The position numbers were made by a program, and so were the translations under genes. Shown here piece after piece: positions 14,938 to 27,459 of a stretch of DNA of 64,000 bases (positions within the stretch are counted from its first letter, which is position 1; every line of letters starts with the position of its first letter). The notes below the pieces were generated by a model that had not been told where the DNA came from, searched no databases, and saw nothing but the letters and a program-made list of their open reading frames with translations. The stretch is taken from the NCBI GenBank assembly GCA_014905635.1, contig JABVCE010000003.1:496001-560000 (forward strand), in the 5' to 3' direction. Source of the stretch: Scenedesmus sp. PABB004. Lineage: Eukaryota.

Positions 14938-17900
14938 TCACCACGTGCCCGCCGCGCGCGCGGCGGCGGTGCCGGGCGGCGCGTGCCTGAACAGCAGGTG
15001 CGCCACGACGCGCCACGTCGCGCCCCAGTCGCCGCCGCTGTCCACGTACACCGCCGCCGCGAGCGCCTCCACCAGGTCGGCCAGGGCCTTTGGGTACCGC
15101 GCCGGCGCAGCGCCGGGGCTGGGGAGACCCCAAAGAACAGCGGCCCCACCACCACGCCCGCCGCGGGGTGCAGCGCGACCGGCCGCGCCGGCGCGGCCTC
15201 GGGCGGCGCCGCCGCCGCGAGCGCGGCCGCGCCGGCGGGGCCCAGGCCGCCGCCCGCCGCGGCGCCGGCGGCGCGCAGGACCGCGAGCTCGCGCTTGCTC
15301 AGCCACACGGCGCTCCAGATCGCCGCCTCCTCGTCGCGCGCGCCGCCGCCGCCCAGGCGGCTCGCGAGCTCAGCGACGCCGCAGGCGCCGCCCGCGACAC
15401 CGCCGGCCGCGCCGGGCTCGCCGCCGCCGGCCGCGGGCGCCGCGCCGGGCGCGTCTGCCTGCCCGCCGGCGCCGCGCATGACCGCCTCGATCTCGCCAGC
15501 AAACGCGCGCACCGCGTGCAGCAGGCGCCACGAGTTGGCGTGCAGCGCGCCGTGCAGGCCCGACAGCGCGGCCGCGGTCGCGAGCGTGGCGTTGGCCACC
15601 GCCCCCGCGCGCGTCTTGGTCAGCTCCTCGGGCCCCAGGTGCCGCCTGCGGCGCGCCGAGGCGGCGGCGCCCGCGGCGTCAGCGGGGCGGCCCGGCCGCG
15701 GCGGCGGCAGTGCCCGGGGGCCAAGTGCGCTCGCGCGCCGCCGCCGCGCGCGCGCCGCCGCTCACTCGCGGCCGCGGCCGCCCGCGAGCGTGGAGAGCGA
15801 GACCACGAGGTCGAGCAGCGAGTCGCCGAGGAACTCGAGGCGCTGGTAGCTCGGCGCGCCGAGCACGCTCACGTGCGTGAGCCCCTGCACGAGCCACGCC
15901 GGGTCGCGGAACACGTACGGCACCCCCAGGCCCGCCAGCCGCGCCGCGAGCCGCTCGCCCAGGCCCGACCGCGGCTGCGCGGCGGCGCCGTACTGCGCGT
16001 GCAGCAGCGCGAGCGGCGTCGCCGCGGGGTCGGCCGCGGCCGGCGGCGGCATGGGGCAGCCGTGCACGTGCTCCGCGGCCCCTGCGCGCGGCGGCAGCAC
16101 CGGCGGCGGCGGCGGCGGAAGCGGCGGCGGCGGCAGCGCGTGAGCGCGCGCGCGCCGGCGAGCGCCTGCGTGGGCCGCCGCCCCGCGCCGCCGCGCTCAC
16201 CCGCCGGCAGCACCTCCAGCGCCTCACACAGCGCGGCCGCTGCGACGAGGCCGGGCGTGGACACGCGGTTCCACACCCAGTCCGCCGCCGCCGCCCACGC
16301 GTCGCCGCCGGCGGCGTCGTCGCCGCCGACGCGCGCCGCGGCCTCCTGCGCCGCGCTGGTGAGGTAAAAGGCCCCCACCAGCGCCTCCACGCCGTCGGCG
16401 AGGCGCTTGCCGCGCAGCGCGTGCTGCGGGCCGCCAGCAAACAGCCCAAGCGGCGGCTCCGCGCCCGTGGGCGCCCAGCGGCTGCCGTCGCAGGGCTCCA
16501 GGCGCAGCTGGTACTGCAGGCGCAGCGGCGCCGCCGCGCCGAGCTGCGCGAGGCGCGTGTTGCGCAAGAGCCGCGTCTTGCACAGCGACAGCTCGCCCTC
16601 GTTCGCGTCGCCCGGCAGCACCTGCGCCGCACGGACGCCGCCGCGCCGCGGCGCGCGGGTCGAGGCCGGCGGCGGCGCGGCGCGGCCGGCGGCGGCGGCG
16701 CAGCGCGGCCGTGTCCCACGGCGCGCGTCACCCGCGGCGCGCGCGTCCCGCGCGAGCGCGCTGCTGCGCGGCGCGCACCCTGATCATGCAGAGGGCGGCG
16801 AGTACCTTGAGCACGACGTCGCCGAGGAACTCGAGGCGCTCGTAGTCGAACGCCTCGTGCGCGCCGCCGCCGGTCAGCGCCATGAGCAGCAGCGGCGCCG
16901 ACGGCACCGCCACGCCCGCCCAGCGGCGCCCGGGCGCGAAGCGGCCGCTGGCTGCGGAGGCGCCGCCGCCGCGCCGCGCCGCGCCCGCGCCGGCGGGCGC
17001 GCACGCGTCCGCCTCGCCAGCGGGCGCGGGCGCCGCGCGGGCGCGGCGGGCGCCGGCGCCTGCGCCGCCCGCCGCGCGGCTGCCGGGGCGCGCGCCGTCG
17101 TCGTCGTCGTCGTCGTCGGCGGCTGCGGCCTCGTACACGCTGCACACGTCCACACCCAGCCGCGCCGTGACGTCGGACAGCATCTCCCGCATGCCCTCGG
17201 CCGGCCGCCAGCCATCCGCGCCGGCCGCCGCGACGTCGGCCGCGCCCGGCAGCGCGGGCGCGTTGGCGACGGCACCGGCGGCGGCCGGGCCGCCGCCGTG
17301 CATGAGCTCGGACAGCTGCTCCCGCACGCTGCGCGCGAGGAGGAGGCTGTCAAGCCGGAACATGAGGTGCGGCAGCAGCTGCAGCTGGCCCCACTGCGCG
17401 CCGTTGAGGGGGAGCATCCACGCGAGCTCCAGCGGCAGGAACGCGACGCGGTGGGCGGCGAGCACGCGGCGCTGCGCGGAGCGACTAAGCCCCGCCAGCG
17501 CCGCCGCCTGCGCGCCGACCGCGGCCGCGAGGCCGGGCGCCGTCGGCGCGGCGCCGTCCGCCGCGCCGCCGCCGCAGCCGGCGCCCGCCGCGAGCGCCGC
17601 CGCGTGCTCCTGCTGGCGCTCGAACAGCGCGAGCCGGTCGACGCGCCCCGTCGCCGCGGCGTCGCCGCCCGGCGCGCCCGCGCGCTGGCGCTTGTCCGGC
17701 GTCCAGGCCGCCCCGCCGTCGCCGCGCTCGGGCGCGCCGCGCTTGCGCGCGCCGCCGCCCTGCCGCGCGGCCCTGGCCGTCGCGAGCTCGGCCGCGAGCT
17801 CCTCCGCCTCGGCGGCGCTCAGCACGGGCGCGCCGGGCGCGGCGCCGGCGCCGCCCGGCGCGGGCGGCAGCAGGCAGGGCGCGGTGACGCCGCGGCTGAG

Positions 17901-19492
17901 CTTGACCGCGAGCAGCGGCAGGTCGCGGCGCAGCCCCGTCACGCCGCAGCGCACGCGGTAGTACTCCTCGTGGCTGTCCGCGCTCTCCCACACCCGGGCG
18001 CCCTCCGCGTCGCTGCCCACGCGCCAGCCCAGCAGGGGCCGGCGCTCGGGGTCGGCCTCCAGCAGGCTGCTGCTCATCACCAGTGCCGCGGCCATCTCCG
18101 GGTCGGCGCTCGCAAGCAGCGGCGCGACGGCGCTGAAGCTGAACCCGCCGCCGCCGCTCCCGCCGGCGCTCCCGCCGGCGCTCCCGCCGGCGCCGCCGCC
18201 ACTCCCGCCGCTCCCGCCGCTGCCGCCGCCGCCGCCGCCGCCGCCGGCCAGCCCCATTGTGCGCAGCTCTGCCCCGAGCGCGCTGACGGTGGCCGCGATG
18301 CTGCTGGCGGGCGTGAGCCCCGCCGCGACGCCCACCGCGCGATACACGGTGCTGCTGTGCCCCGCCACCACGACGCGGCCGCGCAGCGCGCGCTCCAGGC
18401 CGCACACGTCGGCCGCGGTCACGGCCGCGTGCACCGGCGCCATGGCCGCCGCGCCGGCGAGCGGCGGCGGGCGCCCCGCCGCGGCGGCGGCCGCGTAGGC
18501 GTCATCGCCCAGCGGCGCCGGCGGCGCCGGCGGCGGCAGCACCATCGCCTGCGCGTCCTGCGCCGGCAGCGGCAGCACGCCCACCGCCTCGGCGACCAGG
18601 CTCGCCAGCGGCACGACGCCGGTGGCCATGTCAGCGACCTGCGCCCAGTCGACGCACAAGGGCGCGCCGGGGCTGGGCGGCCGTCGGCGCCCGCGCGGCA
18701 GCCCGCGCCGGCGCCGCCGGCGTCGCCCGGGCGGAGCGGGACGATGAGATAGCTGAGGCTCTCGGGCGGCGCCCCGGGCTGGTCCTGACCCTCCTCCTCC
18801 TGCTGCTGCTGCTGCTGCTGCCCCGGGACGCGACCCCAGCCGACGGCGCGCCTGAGGATGTCTGGCTTGAGCGGCAGCATCGGCAGCCGCACCGGCGGCG
18901 CGGCCTCGCCGGCGGGGCCACCCTCGTCAGCGGGGCCCGCCTCGCCAGTCTCCAGCAGGTCCTCGCCCCCCGCCTCCTGGAGCAGCTCGTCTGCGTCTGC
19001 CGCGCCCGCCGCCGCTGCAGCCGCGCCTGCCGCTCCGACCCCGCCCGACGCCGCCGGCGCCGCCGGCGCCTCCGCCTGCGGCTGACCGGCCGCGCCGTCG
19101 ACCTCCATGGCGCTGCCGCCGTCCAGCCCAGCCGCCGCCTCCTCACGCGCCTGCTGCTCGCGTGCCTGCTTGCGCCACTGCGGGCGCGGCGCGCAGCGGG
19201 CGTAGCGCCCCGCTGAGCGGGAGCAGAGCGGAGCGGAGCGGCGCCGCGTGCCGTGCCGCGTGCTGTGCGCCGCGCGGGCGCTGCGTGCTCGCCTGGGTGC
19301 GCGTCTTGTCCCAGTTGATGTGCGCGTGGACGGCGCCCGCGTACGCAAGGAGCTGCTCCAGCTCGGCCTCGCTCAGCATGACGGGGCCCTCGTACACGAC
19401 ATCCATCTGGCGCAGCGGCGCCGGGGCGCGGGTGTGTGTGTGGGGATTGGCTCAGGCCACGGGGCCGGCGAGGCCGGGCGGGCGCTCGCCCA

Positions 19493-19533
<41 letters not shown>

Positions 19534-22500
19534 ACCACAAACGGCTCGCGCTCGAGCCACACCGGCCACTGCATCAGCCCGCCCTCTGGCAGGCGCTCCC
19601 AGAGGAGCACGCCGTACGAGAGCCGCGCCAGCGCCGCGCCGGGGCGGAGCCCGTTCGTCCCGCCCGGCAGCGCGGCGAGCGCGGCGTCGCTGCCGACGAC
19701 CGCGTTGAGCAGCGCAGCCTCGGCGCCGCGCAGCGCCGCGCCGCCCGCGGACGTCGCGGGCCGCGCGTCGCCGCGCGGGCCGTAGACAAAGGAGTGGAGG
19801 TGCAGCGTGAGCGCGCGCGGCGTGGCGCCGCCGGCGGCGCCCGGCTTGGGCGCGAGCGCGGGCGCGATGGGCCGCGGGTGCAGCGGCGCGCGCAGCCGAA
19901 TGGCGGCCGTCAGGCTGGGCAGCTTCTCCGACTCTGCGCCGGCGCGCGCGCGCGGCGCTCAGGCGGGGCAGCGCACAGCGGCGGCGCAGCGCGGCGCGGC
20001 GCGGCGCGGCGCGGGCGCGCACCCGTGAGCAGGCCCTCGCGCGCGCGGGTCCACGTCGGGCGCAGGCTGTCGTCGAGCTTGCCGGCGGCGTAGAGGCGCT
20101 GCAGCACGGCGAGCGCGGCGAGCTGCTTGCTCGCGCGCACGGTCACGCCCGGCGGCGCGTCGGCGACGCGGCTGGGCACGCCGGCGTTGCTGGGGAGGTA
20201 GACGGTGCTGTGGTAGAGGCCGTTGGCCATGCGCGTGGCGTAGTAGGGCTGCAGCGGCACCGCGGGGGACGAGCCCGGCAGCTTGGTGCAGAACTCGGCG
20301 AGCATCTTTGCCGCGTGGCGCAGCGTCGCGACCGCGCCCGTGGGCGTGACGAGGCGCTCGCCGTGCCGCGGCGGCTCGAGCCCCAGGCCCGCGCCGGGGC
20401 CGGCGCCGGCGCCGGGCGGCGCGGCGGCGCGCGCGGCGAGCGTGGCGCGGTTGGCGTCGCTCATCGCGCGCGCCGCCGCCTCCAGCGCGTCCACCTTGCT
20501 GCGCGGCGCGGCGGGCCCGGGGCGTCGGGGCGCCGCGGCGGCGGGCGCGGCGCGCACAGCACGCGCAGCACGCGCAGCGCGGCGCGCACCGTATGAGCTC
20601 CACGATGCCCGCGACGCCGCCCTCCTGAGTGAGCAGGCAGTAGCGTGCGCCCGCGCGGCGCCCGCGGCCGCGGCACTGGATGTATGACGTCGCGTCAAAC
20701 GGCACGTCGCCGCCGACCACGAGCGCGCACTGCCGGAAGTCCATGCCCTCGCTGCCCACGCTGCGCGGCGGCGGCGCGGAGGGGGAAGGACCGGCGGGCG
20801 CGGGGCGGGCGGGGAGAGAGAGCCGTGTTGGAGCTGCGCGGGCGCGCGGCGCGCGGCGCGGCGGGGCACAGGGGGCCTGCGGTGCGGCGGCGCGCGCACT
20901 TGGTGCAGACGAGCACGTTGGTGGCGCCGGAGCGAAAGTCGGCCACCACCTGGGCTTGTTGCTGCGGCGGCGGCGGCGCCGCGGCAGCGGCGCGCAAGGG
21001 TGAGCCCCGCTCCCCTGCCCGGCGCGCCGGCCACCCCCGGTTTGTTTGTGGAGCCCATGCAGAGGTCCCCCTTGGTCCAAGGCGGCGGCGCCCACCTGGC
21101 TGCTCATCGTCAGCAGCCCCTTGCCCAGCGCATCGCCGCCGCCGGTGTCGCCCATGAGGCAGCCGGCGCGCAGCAGCGCGCGCCGCGAGGGCAGGCTCGC
21201 GAGCAGCTTGGAGAGCACCAGCGCCGCGAGCTTGGTCTGCACGAAGACCATCGCCGCCCACCAGTCGCCCGCGCCGGCGCCGGCGGCGGGCACAAAGCTG
21301 GTGCGGTCGGCTTCAAGCAGGCGCAGCAGCTTCACCACCTTGTCGGTCAGCAGCGCGGGGCCGTGCCACGGCGCGAGCCCGGGCCGCGCGTCCTCGGGCC
21401 ACACCTGGCGCGCACGCGACACGCGCCGCGGCGGCGGGCGCGGGCGGGCGCGGGCGCGGCGAGGGCAGGGGCGGCGTGGGCGGGGCCCTGGCGGCACGCC
21501 CCGGCGCGGCCCTCGGCGGCAGCAGCAGCAGCGTGCACACCTGTGCCTCGAGCACGCCAAACGGCACGCGCCGCAGCAGCAGCTCCGCGAAGCCCTGCAG
21601 CGCGCCGCTGCTGCGCTGCTCAAAGTGGGGCTGCCCGCCTGCGGCGGCGGCGCGCGGGCGCGCGGGTCGGCGGCGCGCGCCCGGGCTGCGCACCTTCACC
21701 CTCAGCGCACCCGCGGCGGCCATGAGCTGGGCCTTGAGCTGCTTGTCGTCCAGCAGCACGTCCGCCAGTACGTTCATCGTCACCATCAGCGCGGCCTTGC
21801 AGGACAGGCGCAGCAGCCCGCGCGCGCACCACTCCAGCTCGACGCCGCCCGGCGCGGGCGCCGCGGCGGGCGCCGCTGCGCGCGCGGCGGCGGCGGCGGC
21901 CGAGGCGGGCAGGTCCTGCGGGCGCGGCTGCATCGCCGCGTCGAGCTCGGCGGGCGTGACGATGGCGGCCAGCTCGGGCTGCTCCGCGTGCGTGCGCAGG
22001 TAGCCAACCATGCCAGACAGCAGCGACCTGCGAGCCCAGGTGGAGCGGCGTGGAGGTCGGTGGCGCCGAGCAGCAGGGCCGGCGCGGCCGAGCGACGCGC
22101 GGGGCGGTGGCGGCGCGCCGGCAGCGGCGCGCCGCGCACCGCAGCTCCTGGAGCAGCAGCTGGGGGCTGCCGCTGAGGTCCTCCTCAAAGATGCGCCCGT
22201 TGTCGCCGCAGGTCCAGCGCGGCAGGCCCTCTGCGGCGCGGCGCAGGGGCGGCGCGGCTCGGGGCGCGGCGGCCGGCGCGGGCCGGCCCCCGCGGCGCAC
22301 GCAGCCCGGCGCCCGCACGCACGATCGTTGTCGCGCTTGCTGTACAGCGTGTCCGGGTCGTCCGAGTCGCCCGCGTCGCCGCTCCCCGCGTCTTCGCTGC
22401 CGATGGGGCTGCGCTCGCGCGCGGCCGCGTCGCCGCCGCCCTCGGCCGCGCCCGGGGGCGCCAGCAGGTCCAGAAAGGCCGCCGCCGCGGCGCACCAGGG

Positions 22501-24665
22501 GCCCAGGTTCTCAAGGCAGTACAGCACGCCGCGGATCTGGCGGCCAGCGCGGCGCGGCGCGGGCGGGAGGTGATGAGCGCGGCCGCCGCGCTGCCGTGGC
22601 CGTGCGGCGTGCGCGCACGCAGGCAGGCGCCCTGCGACCGGGGCCCGCGCGGGCCGCCGCCGCACCGACTTGTCCAGCGCCTGCACGCGGCCGCCCTCGG
22701 CAAACCCCTCAAACGCGGCCGCGCCGCTGCTGGGGCCGGCTGCGCGGCGGCGGCGCGGGCGGCGGCCGGGCGGGCGTGGGGCGGGCGCGGGCCCCCGCGG
22801 GCGCTGTGCCGCCGCGCCCGCCTGCCTCCGCGCGCGCCCCAAGACCCCGCACCATCGATGAGGCCCTCCGAGGCGAGCAGGTCTTGGCGGCGGAGCATCT
22901 CGCAGATCAGCTCACACCTGCCGGCGCCGCGTGGAGGCGGCCGGCGAGGCGGCCGTGGTGCGCGCGTCGGCCGCGCCGGTGCGCGCTGCGGGCGCGGCTG
23001 TGCGGGCGCGGCGCTGGGTGCGGGCGGCGCGGCGCCCGCACCGCCGCGCGGGCTTGAGCAGCTTGTCCTTGGTCCAGTGCAGCCAGGTGAGGCTGTCCGC
23101 GACGACGCCGCGCGCGGGCAGGGCCTCGTAGGTGAGCGTGTAGCTGGTGGGCCGGGGCACCGACGACTCGAGCTCCGCCCTGGCGGGCGGGGGCCCCCAC
23201 CCGAGCGACGGCGGGGCGCGTCGGCGGGGCGCGGCGCGCCGGCCGGCCGGCCGCCGCGCCGCGGGGCGCCCACGATGCGCGCGCACCGCAGCGGGCCGTC
23301 GCTGGGCACGGTGACGAGCAGGGAGTCCATGAGGGCCTGCAGGCCGGGGTGGTCGCGGCCGTGCTTGCGGCCGCGCGCGGGGTGCATGCCCTCGGGGCTC
23401 GCGGTCAGGCCCAGCACCTGGCGGGGCCCCCAGGGGGAGCGGAGCGGGGCACGCGCGCGCGTACGTGAGGGCGCCTGAGAGGCCGCACAGGCGCGCGCGG
23501 CGACGCTGCGCGTCGCGCGCCTGCGGCCGCTCGTGGCGTGGCAGCGCCGCGTAGTGGTCCTGCATGATCTGCGCGTACGCCGAGTCGGCCTTGGCGTGGT
23601 GGACCTCGTCAAAGACCAGCAGCCCCACGTCGCGCAGCTGGGAGGGAGGGAGAGGAGGAGGAGGGGCCGCGCAGCGGGGCGGCGGCGGCGGCGGCGCTCA
23701 GCGCGCACAGCGTGCGCGCAGCGCGCGCGGGGGGAGGCGCCCCGACCACCAGCCCGCCCGCCCGCCCGCGCGCCCGCCCGCCCGCCCGCCCACGCACCGT
23801 GAGCGCGCCGTGTGAGAGCACTGCGAGCAGCACAAACGGCGTCATCACCAGCACCTCCGTCTCAGCCAGCACCGCCTCCCACCGCGACCGGCCCCAGCGG
23901 CTCACGCCCGCGGCGCGCTGCCCGAGGCCGTGGAACGCGCGCGCGGCAAAGCCGTGCCGCTTGACCATCGCCTCGTCGCATTGCTGCGCGCGCGGCGCGG
24001 CGCGGCCGCGTCAGTCGGGCGCGGCCGGGTCGGGCCGGGTCGGGTCGGGGCGGCGCGCTGCGCCTGCTGCTGCGCCCGGTGCGGCAGCACGCCTGCACGA
24101 CGAGTGGGTTGGTTGCCGCGAGGAACACGGCCACACGGCGCGCGGCCTTGAGGGCGGGCAGGTGCCGGCGGATGACCTCCGCGGCGATGAGCGTCTTGCC
24201 GGCGCCTGCGGGGGGTCGGCGGCGTCGGTGGGAGCGCGGGGGCGCGGCGCGCGTAGGCGCAGGCGCGGGACGGCACGGGGGCCGCCCGCCGCGCACCGGT
24301 TGCCAGGGAGATGATCACCTGTGCACGCGGCGGGCGGCGGGCGGCGGGGGGTCGATCAGCGCTCGCGAGCGGCGGCGCTGTGCGCGCTGCGGCGCCCGGC
24401 GAGGCGGCAGCTCGCCGGGCGTGCCGGGCGCGGCGGTGGCTGCCCTTAGCCGCCCCTAACGAGGCGTGGATCGGGTGCGCCCTGCTGGGGCGCGCTCGCG
24501 CTCGGCGGCGGCGCTGCTGCTGCAGCGGGCGCGCCGGCCGCCGGCGCTCACGTTGTTGTTGGCCGCCAGCTCGGCGAGTTCGGCTTGGTAGCCTCGAGGC
24601 TTCAGCCCCACACCCGGTCCGGCCGCAGGCGACTCCCGCGCCGCGCCCTGCTGCTGCTCGCCCAT
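14938..24665 (-). CDS. DCL: Dicer-like ribonuclease (DExH helicase, DUF283, PAZ-like, RNase IIIa, RNase IIIb)
   Basis: Helicase motifs: LKPRGYQ, SLATGAGKT, LLVFDEVHHA, VLGLTASP, MVFVQTK, FRSGATNVLVCTSVGSEGMD, YIQCRGR. DUF283: LAEFCTKLP...ALAVLQRLYAAGKLDDSLRP. Two RNase III signatures: YERLEFLGD / ADGVEALVGA and YQRLEFLGD / ADLVEALAAAVYVDSGG. Multi-exon; exact ends approximate. Confidence 0.95.
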
Positions 24666-25029
24666 CTCTCCGCCGCCGCTGCGCGGCGACGCCTGCGCGC
24701 GGGCTACGCGCTCGCGCACATGCAGGTGGTGGGCCCCCTGCCCATACCCAGGCAGCTGCGCGCTGCCCTGGAGCGCTGCCGGCCCCCGCGCAGCGCTGCC
24801 TGCCCCCGCGCAGCGCCGGCGCCGGCGCCGCTGCTGTCGCCGAGCCGTGCCCCTGCCTGCTGCGCCGCGATCCTGCTGCTGCCCTGCTGGTGTGAGACGC
24901 GGCCTGCGGCGCACGGAGCACCTGCATCGACGTGCCGTGTGCGACACCTGAACCGCGTTGCGGCAGCAGCGGCGGCGAGCGGTCGGCACGCCCCCGCACG
25001 CACGACGCGCGATTGCCTGCCAGATTGGG

Positions 25030-25034
25030 TTACA
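25030..25034 (-). terminator. TGTAA polyadenylation signal (FHA-RING gene)
   Basis: TTACA on the + strand, about 25 bp past the minus-strand stop at 25060. Confidence 0.55.
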
Positions 25035-25059
25035 GCACCCCCAGCGCCTCCATCAAGCA

Positions 25060-26845
25060 TCACAGCCGGCCGCCCAGCATCCAAGCCGCCAGGCCGCCGC
25101 CCGCGTGCTGCTGCCGCCCGCGCGCGCCGCCGCGCCCGCCGTGCCCGCCGCGCCCGCCGCGCCCGGCCCGCCGCTGGTGCCGCGCGGCGCGGGCGATGGC
25201 GCCGGCCACCGCCGCCGCCGCCGCGGGCGAGCTTCTCGCCCCCGGCGCGCGCGGCAGCAGCGGGATGACGCCAGCCGGCGCCCGCCACGGCTGCTGTGCC
25301 GCTGCTGCTGCGGCAGCGGCCGCCGGCGCCGCGCCGCCGCCGCCCCCTGCGCGCTGCAGCTGCGCGCCGCCGGCGTCCGTCCTGGGGCGCTTGGCCGCAC
25401 CGCGCGGCTCAAACATCCGCTGCCAGGCCGCAAGCGTGTCGGCCTTGACCGCGGCCCAGCGCGCCAGCTTTGCCGCGCGCTCCTGGCCCTCGCTGCCCTG
25501 GCTGGCGGCCGCCGCGCTCACGACGCCCTCGGCAAACGCCGAGTGCACCGGGGGGCCATCGAGCGGCCTGCGGCAGTTGGGACAGCTTGCGCGGGCGTCC
25601 TGCAGCCACCTGCGGCGCGGCGCGGGGCGCGGCGGGCCGCTCGCCTGGGCCGGGCGCGGCGTGGCTGCCCGGCGGCACGGGCGCGGCCCAGCGGGCAGCC
25701 AGGCGGCGGCGCGCTCACTGCGCGAGGCAGGGCCCGCAGAAGATGTGCGCGCAGCCCAGCGCGTGCGGCGCGACGAGCATGTCCTGCGGGCACCGCGGCG
25801 GCGCGTGCGGCGCGTTTGGGGCGGGGGGGGGGGGGGGGGGGGGCTGTCGCTGGCCGGCAAGCGATCGCGCAAGCTGCGCCCACAGCCCACGGGCGCAAGG
25901 CACCTTGCAGATGGAGCACTCCAGGTCCTCGACCCGCACGTGCCGCACGCGCCGCGCGCCGTCCGCGCCGTCCCGCGCCGCGCGCGGCTTGGCCTGCTCG
26001 CCGCTGCGCGCGGGGCTCGCTGCGCACGGCACGTTGGCGTCGCGCTCCGCGAGCACGCCGTGGCGCGGGCCGCGCTGCGGCTGCTCCGCTTGCTCCGCGC
26101 ACGACGCGCCCGCCACCGCCAGCACCTCGGCCAGCAGCTCGTCCGGCACGTCCGCCAGGCGCAGCAGGCTGACGCCGCCGGGCTGCGGCTCCGGCAGCGC
26201 CAACGTGCGCTCCGCCGTCGACGCGGTCGCCGTCTGCTGCGCCGGCTCCGGCGCCCGCTCCGCCTGCTGCTGCTCCTGTGCGCTCGCGGCGCCGCCCGGC
26301 GCCGCCGCGGGCGCCTGCGGCGGGTGCTGCGGCTGCGGAACCTGCTGCTCCGGCTCCGCGGCCCGCTGCTCCGGCTGCGCCAGCGCCTGCTGCTGCTGCG
26401 CGCGCTGCTGCTGCGCTGCCGCTGCCGGCGCCGCGGGTGCGCAGTACTCGTAGTCAAAGGGGTTGGCGATGATGCGCCCGGCGCGGTCGGCGACGCGCTC
26501 GACGCCAAAGCACACGCGCGCGCCGGGGCGCAGCACCACCGGCGCATGCGGCGCCGCGCGGCACAGGGCGGCGGCGCCGGGGGCGGCCCAGAAGGTGCCG
26601 TTGGCGGAGCCCAGGTCCGTGAGCAGCAGCGCGCCGCCGTTGCTCGCGGGCGCCGGCTCGAGCTCCAGCGCCGCATGCCGCCGCGAGAGAAGGTTGGGCA
26701 GCCGGGCGTCCGTCAGCCGGAGGTCGGCCGCGGGGTCACGGCCGACGATCAGGCGGCCGCCGGGCGCAGACGCGGCGCGCACGTCGAGCTCCGCGGCGCC
26801 GCCGCCGCCGTTGTGCGTGTCGGGGGGGCCACGGCGGCGCAGCAT
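25060..26845 (-). CDS. FHA + RING E3 ubiquitin ligase (CHFR/RNF8-like)
   Basis: FHA motifs LIVGR...LSRRHA...LTDLGSANGTF. RING assembled over two introns: LECSICK|DMLVAPHALGCAHIFCGPCLAQ|WLQDARASCPNCR. Start codon uncertain. Confidence 0.88.
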
Positions 26846-27459
26846 GGCGGATCGGTGAGCGTGGAGCGGTCGGGGGGTGGAGGGAGTGTGGGCGGCGGCC
26901 GCGGCCGCGCGACAGGCGCTTCGCGCGCGCTCCCGGAGCGCGCCGCTCCGCCCCGGCGGCGGTTACTGTGCGACGGCTCTCCGCCGGGCCTGCGCGCCGC
27001 GGACGGTCGTGGTGACACCACGCTTCACACCTCAGCGCAGCGCTTTGCCCGCAGTTTGGCCGTGGAGCAGCTCGCGTCGCGCCCGGGCCTCCCCGACGCC
27101 TCGCCTGCGGTCGTCGACACGCAGCTCGAGCCTGGGACGCCGGATCTGTGCGCCCACCGCGGCGGCGGGCCGGGCAGGCGCGGCGGGGCGGCCGGCAGCA
27201 GTCGGGGGCGGCCCACGCCCGCAGCGGCCGCCCTGGGCGGCGCTCGGGCGCGGGAGGCGGTGCTGCAAGGTGCGCCCCGAGCGCGGGGAGCGCGCCCGCG
27301 GCCGGCAGGCAGCAGCCCGGCGCCCGCGCCGCCCCGCCGCCGACGGCCCGCGCCCGCTGCTGCCGCCGTGCCGCCCAGGGGCGGGCGCCGCCGCCGGCCG
27401 GCCGGCGCACCGCGGCGCGTGCACCGCGCAGCCGCCGCCGCCGCCGCGGCCGCGCGCGG

